Below, piece by piece: positions 1-9,031 of a stretch of DNA of 64,000 nucleotides. The stretch lies in NCBI GenBank assembly GCA_044341745.1, contig JBIIRD010000028.1, positions 34 through 64,033 on the forward strand, read 5' to 3'. Numbering within the stretch: position 1 is the first letter of the stretch; every line of letters begins with the position of its first letter. The notes under the pieces are model-generated. The model was not told where the DNA came from. It was given only the letters and a program-made list of their open reading frames with translations, and did no database searches. Made by a program: the position numbers and the translations under genes. The DNA is from Prosthecobacter sp. (GTDB lineage Bacteria > Verrucomicrobiota > Verrucomicrobiia > Verrucomicrobiales > Verrucomicrobiaceae).

Positions 1-102
1 CGGGGCGTTGAGCTCATCTCGCGGAGCGAGATGGCCACTTTGCTTCGCCTGATCGCTGCCGGTGGCTGGTTCGAGTGCGGATCGGTCGGGCAGCAGCTGG
101 AT
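1..102 (+). repeat. Direct repeat copy 1 (REP-like hairpin element plus degenerate tail)
   Basis: nt 1-62 are identical to nt 272-333. Similarity continues degenerately to nt 102/373 (shared cagcagctggat). Contains a perfect hairpin catctcgc-gga-gcgagatg at 15-33. Confidence 0.9.
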
Positions 103-195
103 GGAGCAGCCCGTGTCCGCCAATATTTTCGGCGAGGGCGGCTTTCTGGATTGAATGCCATCAAGAGGCAACGAGGGCCGTGCCAGCAGAGTAGC

Positions 196-214
196 CATCT
201 CGCGGAGCGAGATG
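196..214 (+). repeat. Third copy of the REP-like hairpin core
   Basis: Exact catctcgcggagcgagatg (8-bp stem, 3-nt loop) as at 15-33 and 286-304. The flanking sequence (gagcgagaggcttgcgctg) only loosely resembles the other copies. Confidence 0.8.
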
Positions 215-271
215 AGCGAGAGGCTTGCGCTGGCAGGAAGGGCTTTCGGAGTTCGGGGATGGTTGAGGCTG

Positions 272-373
272 CGGGGCGTTGAGCTCATCTCGCGGAGCGA
301 GATGGCCACTTTGCTTCGCCTGATCGCTGCCGGCGGGTGGTTTGGACGCGGGTCAGTACAGCAGCAGCTGGAT
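272..373 (+). repeat. Direct repeat copy 2 (REP-like hairpin element; tail overlaps the 3' end of CDS 353-784)
   Basis: Offset of 271 nt from copy 1. The first 62 nt are identical and the hairpin lies at 286-304. The tail includes the stop codon and last codons of the minus-strand ORF 353-784. Confidence 0.9.
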
Positions 374-784
374 CTCGCGGTCCGTGAACTGGGAAGTGTC
401 ATGGACGACGAGGAGGTCCCCCATGGTTTCCAAGTTCTTCCATTCGGTCTCGAATTCGGGTACCAGAAAATCGTCGACGTTGAGGACGGGTTCCTGGACG
501 GCGCTGCGAACGGCTGCCTGGGGGGCGGCCGTGGTTTCAGCCGAAGGGGTGCCGACCAGGGAGATGCCGAGGAGGGTGATCACGGCCGCCGCCGCCCAGG
601 CAAGTCCGGCCGCCGCCGAGTCACGCTGATGCCACCAAGCCCTGATGCCAGCCAGCCAGCCGAGGTCCTGGGGAGTCTGCCGGGCGGCCCTAACCACGTT
701 TTGGACAAAATCAGGCCGCGGCTCGGCATGCCTGGCCTTGCCAAGCAGGTTCCAGAGCGGGTCGTTGGGCGTGAGAGGTTCCAT
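353..784 (-). CDS. Hypothetical single-pass membrane protein (anti-sigma-factor-like topology)
   Basis: 143-aa ORF. Soluble N-terminus (PLWNLLGKA...), one hydrophobic helix (GLAWAAAAVITLLGISLV), then a short C-terminal domain. Co-directional and downstream of the HIT and nrdR genes. No family recognised with certainty. Confidence 0.5.
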   Translation of the reverse strand: MEPLTPNDPLWNLLGKARHAEPRPDFVQNVVRAARQTPQDLGWLAGIRAWWHQRDSAAAGLAWAAAAVITLLGISLVGTPSAETTAAPQAAVRSAVQEPVLNVDDFLVPEFETEWKNLETMGDLLVVHDTSQFTDREIQLLLY

Positions 785-838
785 GACAGTCGGTCATAAC
801 CCGCCTGAGCCCCTCAAGTTGCGGAGGGGCATAAAAAA

Positions 839-1192
839 TCAGCCCGGCGGCCAGTCGAGAGCGCGGCCTGCCAGCAGATGCACATGCAGGTGGGGGACGG
901 TTTCCCCGGCGTCCTTGCCGTGGTTGATGACGAGGCGGAAACCCTTGGAGAGGTCCTTGATGCCCAGCTTTTCGGCGATCCTGCCTGCGGCGAGCAGCAG
1001 GGCTCCGAGGGTGGCCTGATCTTCGGAGCCGGCTTCGCCGACGCGCGGAATGACCTTTTTGGGGACAATCAGCACATGCGTGGGGGCCTGCGGATTGATG
1101 TCGTTGAAGGCGGCGACCAGATCGTCCTCATAGACGAGAGGCGCCGGGATCTCACGGTCGATGATCTTCTGGAAGATGGTTTTTTCGGACAT
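839..1192 (-). CDS. HIT-family (histidine triad, HinT-like) nucleotide hydrolase
   Basis: 117 aa. N-terminal IFQKIIDREIP motif and C-terminal histidine triad HLHVHLL. Confidence 0.9.
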   Translation of the reverse strand: MSEKTIFQKIIDREIPAPLVYEDDLVAAFNDINPQAPTHVLIVPKKVIPRVGEAGSEDQATLGALLLAAGRIAEKLGIKDLSKGFRLVINHGKDAGETVPHLHVHLLAGRALDWPPG

Positions 1193-1201
1193 GGTCGGGG
1201 A

Positions 1202-1690
1202 TCAGTTGAACAGCTCCTCCTGGTCGTCGTCCCGGGAGCGCCGACGGTCGAGGGACTTGATCTCGTCGATGAACTCGCCCACATCCTCGAACTGGCGGTA
1301 GACGGAGGCGTAGCGGACATAGGCCACATGGTCGATGCCCTCGAGGCGGCGCATGACCTTGGCGCCGATGACGGTGGAGGGGATTTCGCGGTAGCCCTCC
1401 TCCTCCAGCTCGTTGGCGATGTCGTCGGCGAGCTGTTCGAGCTGCTCCATCTTGACGGGGCGCTTTTCGCAGGCCTTGCGAAGTCCCGACATCAGCTTTT
1501 CGCGGTCGAAGTTCTGTCGGGCGCCGTTGCGCTTGACCACGCGCAGCTCCTCGCGCTCGACGATTTCATAGGTGGTGAAGCGGAAGTTGCAGCGCATGCA
1601 TTCGCGCCTGCGACGTATGGCATGGCCTTCACGCGCCTCACGAGAGTCGATGACCTTGTCTTGGGAACTACCGCATTTGGGACAGCGCAT
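1202..1690 (-). CDS. nrdR: Transcriptional repressor NrdR
   Basis: MRCPKCGSSQDKVIDSR...CMRCNFRFTTYE zinc ribbon followed by an ATP-cone (VVKRNGARQNFDREKL...). The start was moved to the ATG at 1690 (MRCPKCG); the tracked ORF extends to 1828 without homology-like sequence. Confidence 0.93.
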   Translation of the reverse strand: MRCPKCGSSQDKVIDSREAREGHAIRRRRECMRCNFRFTTYEIVEREELRVVKRNGARQNFDREKLMSGLRKACEKRPVKMEQLEQLADDIANELEEEGYREIPSTVIGAKVMRRLEGIDHVAYVRYASVYRQFEDVGEFIDEIKSLDRRRSRDDDQEELFN

Positions 1691-1818
1691 GGTTGGGGGG
1701 GGGCCTAAGAATGCCATCTGGGCCGGTGAAGGCAAGGGCCGTCTTGGCTGCGCGTCCAGGCCCGCCCCCCCGGCAAGGCGCAGCTTGGCAAAGTTGATTC
1801 GGCTGCTTTGGTGCCGGG

Positions 1819-2568
1819 ATGCCTTCACGCTTGTTTCTGACCCAGAGTTTTCATGCCGAGCCCGCCGTTTGCGCCTTGTTTGAGCCCGGCGGGGTGCTCG
1901 CCGCCGGCCAGGTCTGGCAGTCGGAGGCCACGAAGGTGGTGCGTGTGCCGGTGACTGAGGACCAGGGCTGCTATTTGAAGCGCTGTGGCAGGGAGTCGCT
2001 GAAGCACCTCCTGCGGCCCCTGCTGTTTTTTCGGAGGCCCTGCTCGATGGCCATGCGGGAGCTGCTGATGCTCCAGGCGCTGCGGCAGGCGGGTTTTCCA
2101 GCCATGGAGCCCCTGGCCTGGGGGGAGCGACGTGTTCTGGGCATTCCGGTCGGCGGGTTCCTTGTCGTCAATGAAGTGCGAGGGCAGCTGGCGGACCGCC
2201 TGCTGTCCACGCTTGCAGGAGATGAAAGGGAGCCCCTGCTGAAGGAAGTCGGCACCCTTCTGGGCAGGCTGCATGCCGCTGGATTCTACCAGCCGGTGCG
2301 CCTCAAGGACCTGATCAGGGCTGAGCAAGGACTGGTCCTGATTGACCGGGAGACTTCGAAGCCCTGGCGCGGGGGCTTTGCCCGCCGCTGGTGCCTGGAG
2401 TCGCTGCGCCGATCCATCCGCAAGTCAATTTCGGACGGTAGCGCCCTGACCCGCCCTGACCTGGAGGCCCTGGCCTCAGGCTACTGCGCGGCGATCGCCG
2501 AACGCTGGCGGGTCCGGCCAGACGAGTTGCTGACAAAAACAGGAAACCCGGGTCCCGGCCGAAGCTGA
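1819..2568 (+). CDS. Lipopolysaccharide-kinase (Kdo/WaaP/InaA)-like protein-kinase-fold protein
   Basis: 249 aa. Layout resembles the Kdo/InaA kinase family (YLKR..., ELLMLQALRQAGFP, LLGRLHAAGFYQPVRLKDLI...LIDRE). The catalytic-loop motif is divergent, so the assignment is tentative. Confidence 0.5.
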   Translation: MPSRLFLTQSFHAEPAVCALFEPGGVLAAGQVWQSEATKVVRVPVTEDQGCYLKRCGRESLKHLLRPLLFFRRPCSMAMRELLMLQALRQAGFPAMEPLAWGERRVLGIPVGGFLVVNEVRGQLADRLLSTLAGDEREPLLKEVGTLLGRLHAAGFYQPVRLKDLIRAEQGLVLIDRETSKPWRGGFARRWCLESLRRSIRKSISDGSALTRPDLEALASGYCAAIAERWRVRPDELLTKTGNPGPGRS

Positions 2569-2581
2569 AGAACCCGGGTTT
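2544..2581. terminator. Possible bidirectional hairpin between convergent genes
   Basis: aaacccgggt (2544-2553) pairs with acccgggttt (2572-2581), giving a 10-bp stem and an 18-nt loop. On the minus strand the stem is followed by cctgttttt. It lies between the convergent ORFs 1819-2568 and 2605-3030 and overlaps the end of the former. Confidence 0.4.
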
Positions 2582-2604
2582 GAAGGCAGGAGACGAGGGC
2601 TTGA

Positions 2605-3030
2605 TCAGTTCACAAAGGTGATCCTTCCGGACTGGCCGGCGGCCATGGCGGCGTGCTGCGCGTCTGTGCAGGAGCTGTTGATGGGGGCGTCCGGCGCGGC
2701 GTCGCTAGCGGTCAACAGGCCGTTTTCGATCATATAACGCTCGACTTCCTCGCCGCTGATGTCGGCGAGCATGACATCATTGACCACGACGCAGGGACTG
2801 AGGGGCTGGCCGCTCTTCTGCTCCATCTCCCAGCGGAAGGCGGGGTTTTTGATGATGTCCTTCTCCTCGTAATCGAGGCCGTATTTGCGGAAGATGGCGC
2901 GCACGCCTTCGCTCCAGCCGCAGTAGGTTTTCAGGTAGGCGGTGATCTTGGGTTGGCTCATGGGTTTGGGATGTTGTGCCTGTTTGACGGGCGATGACTG
3001 GTTTTTTTGAATTACGTTCGAGATCAGCAT
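2605..3030 (-). CDS. Glutaredoxin-like thioredoxin-fold protein
   Basis: KITAYLKTYCGWSEGVRAIFRKYGLDYEEKDI...PCVVVNDVMLAD matches the glutaredoxin layout with a single Cys (YCGWS). An alternative start at 2961 (MSQPKITAY) is at least as likely as 3030. Confidence 0.75.
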   Translation of the reverse strand: MLISNVIQKNQSSPVKQAQHPKPMSQPKITAYLKTYCGWSEGVRAIFRKYGLDYEEKDIIKNPAFRWEMEQKSGQPLSPCVVVNDVMLADISGEEVERYMIENGLLTASDAAPDAPINSSCTDAQHAAMAAGQSGRITFVN

Positions 3031-3053
3031 CGGGCTGAAAAACCTGCCGGGGA

Positions 3054-4289
3054 TCAGACCAGGGCGGCGATGCGGCGGCAGACTTCCTCGACATTGGCGC
3101 GGCTGTTGAAGGCGCTGATGCGGAAATAGCCTTCACCGGCGCTGCCGAAGCCGCTGCCGGGGGTGATGACCACGTTGGCTTCGTTGAGCATCTTGTCGAA
3201 CATCTGCCAGCTGGTCAGGCCGTTCGGGCAGCCCACCCAGACATAGGGGGCGTTGACGCCGCCAAAAACAGCCAGCCCGGCCTTCCTGCAGGCTTCGACG
3301 AGCAGCCTGGCATTGCCCATGTAGTGCTCGATGAGTTCGGCGACCTGCTTCTTGCCCTCGGGGCTGTAGATGGCCTCGGCGCCACGCTGCACGATGTAGC
3401 TGGTGCCGTTGAACTTGGTGCTGTGGCGGCGGCTCCAGAGCGGATGGATGGCCTGCTTGCCTCCGGCTTTCGTTTTGCCCATGAGGCCCTTGGGAATGAC
3501 GACCACGGCACAGCGCACGCCGGTGAAGCCGCCGTTCTTGGAGAAGCTGCGGAACTCGATGGCGCAGTCGCGGGCGCCTTCGATCTCGTAGATGGAGCGC
3601 GGCACTGAGGGGTCCTGGATGAAGGCCTCGTAGGCGGCGTCGTAGAGCAGCGTGGTGCCGTTGGCGAGGGCGTATTGGACCCAGGCCTCAAGCTGGGCGC
3701 GGGTGGCGGTGGCCCCGGTGGGGTTGTTCGGATAGCAGAGATAGACGAGGTCCATCGGCTCGGACGGGATCTCCGGCACAAAGCCGTTTTCAGGGGTGCA
3801 CTTCAGGTAGTGCAGCCCGGCATAAGCGCCGTTTTCATCCGCCTCACCAGTGTTGCCAGCCATGACGTTGGTGTCGACATAGACCGGGTAGACCGGGTCG
3901 GTGATGGCGATCTTGTTGCCGCTGCCGAAGATGTCGAGGATGTTGCCGGTGTCGCACTTGCTGCCGTCGGAGATGAAGATTTCATCGGCCTCGACCTGGA
4001 TGCCGCGGGCCTTGAAGTCGTTGTCCGCGATGGCGTTGCGCAGGAAGTCATAACCCTGCTCCGGGCCGTAGCCGCGGAAGCTGGCACGATCCCCCATTTC
4101 ATCGACCGCCTTGTGCATGGCGTCGCGCACGGCCTGGGGCAGGGCCTCGGTCACGTCACCGATGCCGCAGCGGATGAGGCGTTTGGCGGCCTCGGGGTTG
4201 GCCTCGGTGAAGGCCTTCACGCGTCGGGCGATTTCAGGGAAGAGGTAACCGGCTTTGAGCTTGTTGTAGTTTTCGTTGATGTAGGCCAT
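3054..4289 (-). CDS. dapL: LL-diaminopimelate aminotransferase
   Basis: 411 aa. [24 protein letters not shown]...[10 protein letters not shown]...[13 protein letters not shown] (PLP-lysine context) is the DapL signature known from Chlamydiae, plants and Verrucomicrobia. Confidence 0.9.
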   Translation of the reverse strand: MAYINENYNKLKAGYLFPEIARRVKAFTEANPEAAKRLIRCGIGDVTEALPQAVRDAMHKAVDEMGDRASFRGYGPEQGYDFLRNAIADNDFKARGIQVEADEIFISDGSKCDTGNILDIFGSGNKIAITDPVYPVYVDTNVMAGNTGEADENGAYAGLHYLKCTPENGFVPEIPSEPMDLVYLCYPNNPTGATATRAQLEAWVQYALANGTTLLYDAAYEAFIQDPSVPRSIYEIEGARDCAIEFRSFSKNGGFTGVRCAVVVIPKGLMGKTKAGGKQAIHPLWSRRHSTKFNGTSYIVQRGAEAIYSPEGKKQVAELIEHYMGNARLLVEACRKAGLAVFGGVNAPYVWVGCPNGLTSWQMFDKMLNEANVVITPGSGFGSAGEGYFRISAFNSRANVEEVCRRIAALV

Positions 4290-4519
4290 GGCGGAAAAGG
4301 GGCCGCCATGGTGGCGAGTCCGGCGGGGGATGCAAGCGCCCCGAATCCCTCGTCTGGAGGCTGGAAGTGTTGGTTAGGCCTGGCTCACCGCCTGGCAGGC
4401 ATGCCAATAATGGACGCAGACAGGGCAAAAAAAGCATTCAGCAGGTCAAAACAAACTCGTTTCAAGAACTTGCCTGTTTGCGAGGCGGTTTCAGTCTTGG
4501 GGCCTTCTTCTCTTAAGCC

Positions 4520-5662
4520 ATGTCAGCCTTTTCCGACCCCTTTCGCCAGGCACGCGCCGAATCCGGTGTGCTTCAATGCCCCTTCCATGGGGAAAACATC
4601 ACCATGATCCTGCGCCATGAGGATGTCAGAAAGGCGGCGAAGGACTGGCAGACCTTCAGTTCCAACGCCCCGTTTCGTGTGCCGATCCCCTCGGAGGAAG
4701 AGGTGCGGAGCATGCGTCAGCTTCCCATCGAGACCGACCCGCCCGAGCACACGGACTACCGGGCGATCGCCGAGCCCTTTTTCCAGCGTGCCAAGGATCC
4801 GGAAATGATCTCCCGGGTCGAGGCCCTGATTGGCGGCATGATCGACCAGGCGCTCGGCCAGGACCGCATGGAGGTGGTCAATGACTTCGCCCTACCCATC
4901 CAGTCACGCGCCCTGACGTATCTGCTCAACACTTCCGAGAAAGAGGCGGAGACCTGGATTGGCTGGGGCATCCACGTTTTCAAGGTGACCGGGGGCGAAT
5001 TCAAAAAGGGGACGGTGCTGGAGGACTACCTCGCCAGGAAATTCGACGAGGCTGAGGCAAGTCCCGGTCAGGACTTTTTCAGCGCGCTGGTGCAGGCCGA
5101 ATACCGGGGGCGGCCGCTGACGAGGGAGGAGTGCATGGGCTTTGCCAACCTCGCCTTTGCCGGAGGGAGGGACACGATCATCCTCACGATCGTCTGCGCG
5201 CTGGGCTATCTGGCCGAACATCCGGAGGCCCTGGAATTCCTGCGTGAGGACCCACGGCGCATCACCCTGGCGAGCGAGGAGTTTTTCCGCGTGTTCATGC
5301 CCCTGACCCACATCGGCCGCGTCTGCCCCGGGGAAACTGAGGTGAACGGCACCACGGTGAAGGCGGGCGAGCGTGTGTCACTCTGCTGGTCGTCCGCGAA
5401 CTTTGATGATGCTGCCTTCCCGGACCCGGATCAGGTCAAGCTGGATCGCAAGCCCAACCCTCACCTCAGCTTCGGCTTCGGCACCCACCTCTGCCTCGGG
5501 GCGCCACATGCCCGCCTCATCCTGCGCACCTTGCTCAGGCTCTGCTGCGAGCGTGTGAAGAGAATCGAGACGATCCAGGCCGTCGAGCGTGTCGAGCATG
5601 AGGCCAGGTTTGACCGTGTGCTCGGCTATGACTCCCTGGTTCAGCGATTCCAGGGTTTCTGA
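4520..5662 (+). CDS. Cytochrome P450
   Basis: 380 aa with the haem-thiolate loop FGFGTHLCLGAPHARL and an EEFFRVF (ExxR-like) region. Confidence 0.9.
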   Translation: MSAFSDPFRQARAESGVLQCPFHGENITMILRHEDVRKAAKDWQTFSSNAPFRVPIPSEEEVRSMRQLPIETDPPEHTDYRAIAEPFFQRAKDPEMISRVEALIGGMIDQALGQDRMEVVNDFALPIQSRALTYLLNTSEKEAETWIGWGIHVFKVTGGEFKKGTVLEDYLARKFDEAEASPGQDFFSALVQAEYRGRPLTREECMGFANLAFAGGRDTIILTIVCALGYLAEHPEALEFLREDPRRITLASEEFFRVFMPLTHIGRVCPGETEVNGTTVKAGERVSLCWSSANFDDAAFPDPDQVKLDRKPNPHLSFGFGTHLCLGAPHARLILRTLLRLCCERVKRIETIQAVERVEHEARFDRVLGYDSLVQRFQGF

Positions 5663-5717
5663 CTTATTTTTAATCAAAAGAAAAAGGGCAGTCGCATGCC
5701 CGTATCTTCATGTGACT

Positions 5718-8700
5718 ATGATACGCATTCACGTCATTATCAGCCTGGCTTCCGCCAGCGGACTCCTGGGGGCCGCAACCCAGCCAGTGGTCTTCAACAA
5801 GGACATCCGCCCGATCCTTGCGGACGCCTGCTTTCACTGCCATGGACCCGATCCGGGAACCCGCAAGGCAGGGCTTCGCCTCGACACTGAGGCGGGATTT
5901 TTCACCGCCAAGAAGGGCGAGCAGCCCACCGTGATCAAAGGCAAGCCGGACGCGAGTTCGCTCTACCAGCGCCTGCTTTCCAAGGACGAGGACGAGGTCA
6001 TGCCACCGCCGGATTCCCACAAGGAACTGAAGCCGGCGGAGATTGCCAAGATCAAGGCCTGGATCGAGCAAGGTGCGCCCTGGCAGCCGCACTGGAGCCT
6101 GATCCCGCCGCAAAAGCCCGCCTTGCCGGCCGTTAAGGATGGATCCTGGGTGAAAACGCCCGTTGACCGGTTCGTGCTCGCGAGGCTCGACCAGGCGGGC
6201 CTCCAACCCGCTCCCGAGGCCGATGCACACACCCTGGTGCGGCGCATCTCGCTTGATCTGACCGGCCTGCCGCCTGCGCCGGAGTTGCTGAAAAAATACG
6301 CCACTTCTGATAGGCTGGCCGATGCGCAGGTCAGCGCCCTCGTTGATGAGCTCATGAAATCCCCCGCCTATGGCGAGCACCGTGCTCGCTACTGGCTGGA
6401 TGCCGCGCGATACGGCGACACGCACGGTCTGCACTTCGACAACTACCGCGAGATGTGGCCCTACCGCGATTGGGTGGTGAAGGCCTTCAATGCGAACCAG
6501 CCCTTTGATCAGTTCACCGTCGAGCAGATCGCGGGCGACCTGCTTCCCAACCGCACCGATGACCAGCTCATCGCCACAGGCTTCCAGCGCTGCAACATCA
6601 CCACGAACGAAGGCGGCACCATTGACGAGGAAAACCTGGCGAACTACGCCGTGGACCGCGTGCAGACCATGGGCTGGGTTTACTTCGGCCTCACAACGAA
6701 CTGCGCACAGTGCCACGATCACAAGTTCGACCCCTTCACGATGAAGGACTTTTACTCGATGGCCGCGTTTTTCCGCAACACGACGCAGCCCGCGAAGGAC
6801 GGCAACATCAAGGACGGCCGCGGTCCCATCCTGGTCATCCCGGGCGAGCAGGACAGGCAGCGCTGGCAGAAACTGCCCGCCGAAATCGCCGAGACCACCA
6901 GGCGGCGCGACGAACGTCGCAAGGCTGCGGGAGCAGATTTCAACGCCTGGCTCGCCTCCGCGAAGCCGGAGCATCTTGACCAGGATGTGCCCACGAAGGG
7001 CCTGCAGGTGCATCTGCCGCTCAATGAAGGCGTCGGCAACGACGTGGCGAACGTGTGCGGCACGCCGGCGAAGGCCAGGGCGCTCGGCCAGATCTCCTGG
7101 ACGCCCGGGGGCAAGCTTGGGCCGGCTCCGGTGATCAAGCCCGGCAGCACCTTTGAAGTCAGCGACGCGGGCGATTTCGAGCTGAACCAAAAGTTCAGCT
7201 ACGGCGCCTGGGTCAAGGCAGGCCGCAATGGCGTCTTTGGCGCCATCATGTCGCGCATGGACGAGAAAAACGGCTACCGCGGCTGGGACCTCTGGCAAAG
7301 TGACCGAGGCATCGCCGTTCACATCATCGACAGATGGTCGGACAACGCCCTCAAGGTCACCACGAGGGACGCGGTGCTCAAGCCCGGCGAGTGGCAGCAT
7401 GTCTTCGTCACCTACAACGGCAGCGGCAAGGCCGCTGGCATCCAGATTTACATCAACGGCGTGCCGCAGAAGCGGCTCATCGTGAACACGAACACGATCA
7501 AGCCCAAGGCCAGCATCCGCACCACGGTGCCGCTGAAGATCGGCCAGCGCAGCGAGGGCCAGCACTTCACAGACGGCTCCGTCCAGGATGCCCGCGTGTA
7601 TGACCGCCAGCTCAGTGAGGCGGAGATCAAGACGCTCTCGAATGTCGGCCCGCTGCGAGCCATCCTCGCCGCCGCGAATGACAAACGCACGCCGCAGCAG
7701 CGCAATGCGCTCTTTGCCCACTATCTCGCCACCCGTGACAGCGAGTGGATGAAGCAGGACAGCACGGCCAGGAAGCTCGAGGCCGAAAAGGAGGCCATCA
7801 AGGCCCGCAGCCCCATCACGCATGTTCAGGAAGAAGTCATGAACGTCGCGCCGATGGCGAACATCCTCGCGCGCGGCGCCTACGACAAGCCGGGTGAACG
7901 CGTCGAGGCCGCCGTGCCCGCCGCCTTTGGCAGGCTGCCTGAAAGGGCGCCCAAGAACCGCCTCGGGCTCGCCCAATGGGTTGTGAGCGAGGGGAATCCG
8001 CTCACCGCCCGTGTCACGGTGAACCGTTTCTGGCAGGAGGTTTTCGGCCAGGGCATCGTCAAGACGCCGGAGGACTTCGGCATCATGGGCGCGGCTCCGA
8101 GCCACCCTGAGCTGCTCGAATGGCTCGCCGTCGAGTTCCGCGACGGCGGCTGGGACGTGAAGAAGCTCTTCAAGCTCATGCTCAGCAGCGCCACCTACCG
8201 TCAGATGGCCGCCACCACCCCGGGCAAGCTCGAGAAGGACCGCGACAACTCGCTCCTCAGCCGCGGCCCGCGCTACCGCATGGATGCCGAGATGCTGCGC
8301 GACTATGCGCTTGCCGCCAGCGGCCTGCTTTCCGGCAAGATGGGCGGCCCCAGCGTCAAGCCCTACCAGCCCGAAGGCATCTGGGATGTGGTCGGCCTGC
8401 CCGGCGGCGACACGCGCAATTACGTCCAGGACAAGGGTGAAAACCTCTACCGCCGCACCTTCTACACCTTCTGGAAGCGCATGGCCCCGCCGCCGAGCAT
8501 GGAGGTCTTCAACGCCCCCAGCCGCGAGGTCTGCACCGTCCGTCGCGAGCGCACCAACACGCCGTTGCAGGCCCTTGTCACGATGAACGACCCGCAATTC
8601 ATCGAGGCGGCGCGCAAGCTCGCCGAGAAAGCCATTTCCTGCGGGTGCAACGACGACGCCAAGGCCCTCGCCTGCATCGCCGAGCGCATCCTCTGTCGTC

Positions 8701-8903
8701 CGCTGAAGGACAAGGAGAAGCCGATCATCGAGGCCAGCCTCAAAGACCTGCGCGCCCACTACACCAAGACGCCCGCCGATGCCGAAGCGCTCCTCAAGGT
8801 CGGTGAATCGCCGGTGGATGCGAAGCTGCCGAAGTCCGAGCTCGCCGCGTGGACGATGCTCACGAACCAGCTCTTCAATCTGGATGAAGTCCTCAACAAG
8901 TGA
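5718..8903 (+). CDS. PSCyt1/PSCyt2(DUF1549)/LamG/PSD(DUF1553) multidomain exported protein (pair 1)
   Basis: Signal peptide MIRIHVIISLASASGLLGA. Planctomycete cytochrome c motif FNKDIRPILADACFHCHGPD. DUF1549-like region (RRISLDLTGLPP, CAQCHDHKFDP). Central concanavalin/LamG-like insert (FSYGAWVKA...IYINGV...ARVYDRQLS). DUF1553-like C-terminus. The start was set at the ATG at 5718 rather than the tracked 5589. Confidence 0.9.
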   Translation: MIRIHVIISLASASGLLGAATQPVVFNKDIRPILADACFHCHGPDPGTRKAGLRLDTEAGFFTAKKGEQPTVIKGKPDASSLYQRLLSKDEDEVMPPPDSHKELKPAEIAKIKAWIEQGAPWQPHWSLIPPQKPALPAVKDGSWVKTPVDRFVLARLDQAGLQPAPEADAHTLVRRISLDLTGLPPAPELLKKYATSDRLADAQVSALVDELMKSPAYGEHRARYWLDAARYGDTHGLHFDNYREMWPYRDWVVKAFNANQPFDQFTVEQIAGDLLPNRTDDQLIATGFQRCNITTNEGGTIDEENLANYAVDRVQTMGWVYFGLTTNCAQCHDHKFDPFTMKDFYSMAAFFRNTTQPAKDGNIKDGRGPILVIPGEQDRQRWQKLPAEIAETTRRRDERRKAAGADFNAWLASAKPEHLDQDVPTKGLQVHLPLNEGVGNDVANVCGTPAKARALGQISWTPGGKLGPAPVIKPGSTFEVSDAGDFELNQKFSYGAWVKAGRNGVFGAIMSRMDEKNGYRGWDLWQSDRGIAVHIIDRWSDNALKVTTRDAVLKPGEWQHVFVTYNGSGKAAGIQIYINGVPQKRLIVNTNTIKPKASIRTTVPLKIGQRSEGQHFTDGSVQDARVYDRQLSEAEIKTLSNVGPLRAILAAANDKRTPQQRNALFAHYLATRDSEWMKQDSTARKLEAEKEAIKARSPITHVQEEVMNVAPMANILARGAYDKPGERVEAAVPAAFGRLPERAPKNRLGLAQWVVSEGNPLTARVTVNRFWQEVFGQGIVKTPEDFGIMGAAPSHPELLEWLAVEFRDGGWDVKKLFKLMLSSATYRQMAATTPGKLEKDRDNSLLSRGPRYRMDAEMLRDYALAASGLLSGKMGGPSVKPYQPEGIWDVVGLPGGDTRNYVQDKGENLYRRTFYTFWKRMAPPPSMEVFNAPSREVCTVRRERTNTPLQALVTMNDPQFIEAARKLAEKAISCGCNDDAKALACIAERILCRPLKDKEKPIIEASLKDLRAHYTKTPADAEALLKVGESPVDAKLPKSELAAWTMLTNQLFNLDEVLNK

Positions 8904-8926
8904 TGTCGAACCCGCCATCCAGCACC

Positions 8927-8972
8927 GCATCGGCGAAGCAATGCAGCCATCTCGCTCCGGGAGATGAGCCTG
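8927..8972 (-). repeat. Inverted-orientation copy of the REP-like element seen at 1-373
   Basis: The reverse complement reads ggctcatctcccggagcgagatggctgcattgcttcgcc, versus gagctcatctcgcggagcgagatggccactttgcttcgcc at 10-49. The hairpin core is at 8948-8966 with one stem substitution. It lies 24 nt after the stop of the DUF1553 gene. Confidence 0.8.
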
Positions 8973-9031
8973 GTGCGTGGCAAGCACGAAAATTCCAAGA
9001 AGGTCTCAGGCAAAGGTGTGCGCGAACATCA

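Noticed and set aside
1-373. Possible CRISPR array (repeated palindromic unit with spacers)
   Set aside because: There are only two full copies plus one core. The repeats are ~60-100 nt with degenerate tails, the spacing is irregular (181 and 90 nt between cores), no cas genes are present, and one copy overlaps a gene end. It fits a REP-like duplication better.
5589-5717. N-terminal extensions of tracked ORFs (5589, 8900, 40212, 45904, 49637, 51192, 53606, 12993, 1828, 62430, 29136)
   Set aside because: An internal ATG gives a canonical signal peptide, Tat motif or family N-terminus. The extensions overlap upstream genes or lie in spacers, so the shorter starts were used.
5670-8987. 1105-aa ORF on the minus strand, as long as the DUF1553 gene it mirrors
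   Set aside because: It is exactly antisense to a plus-strand ORF with clear domain motifs (CxxCH, DUF1549/DUF1553 blocks, signal peptide). Its own translation is Arg/Gly/Ala/Leu/Val-rich with no recognisable motif. This is the usual shadow-ORF artefact of high-G+C DNA.
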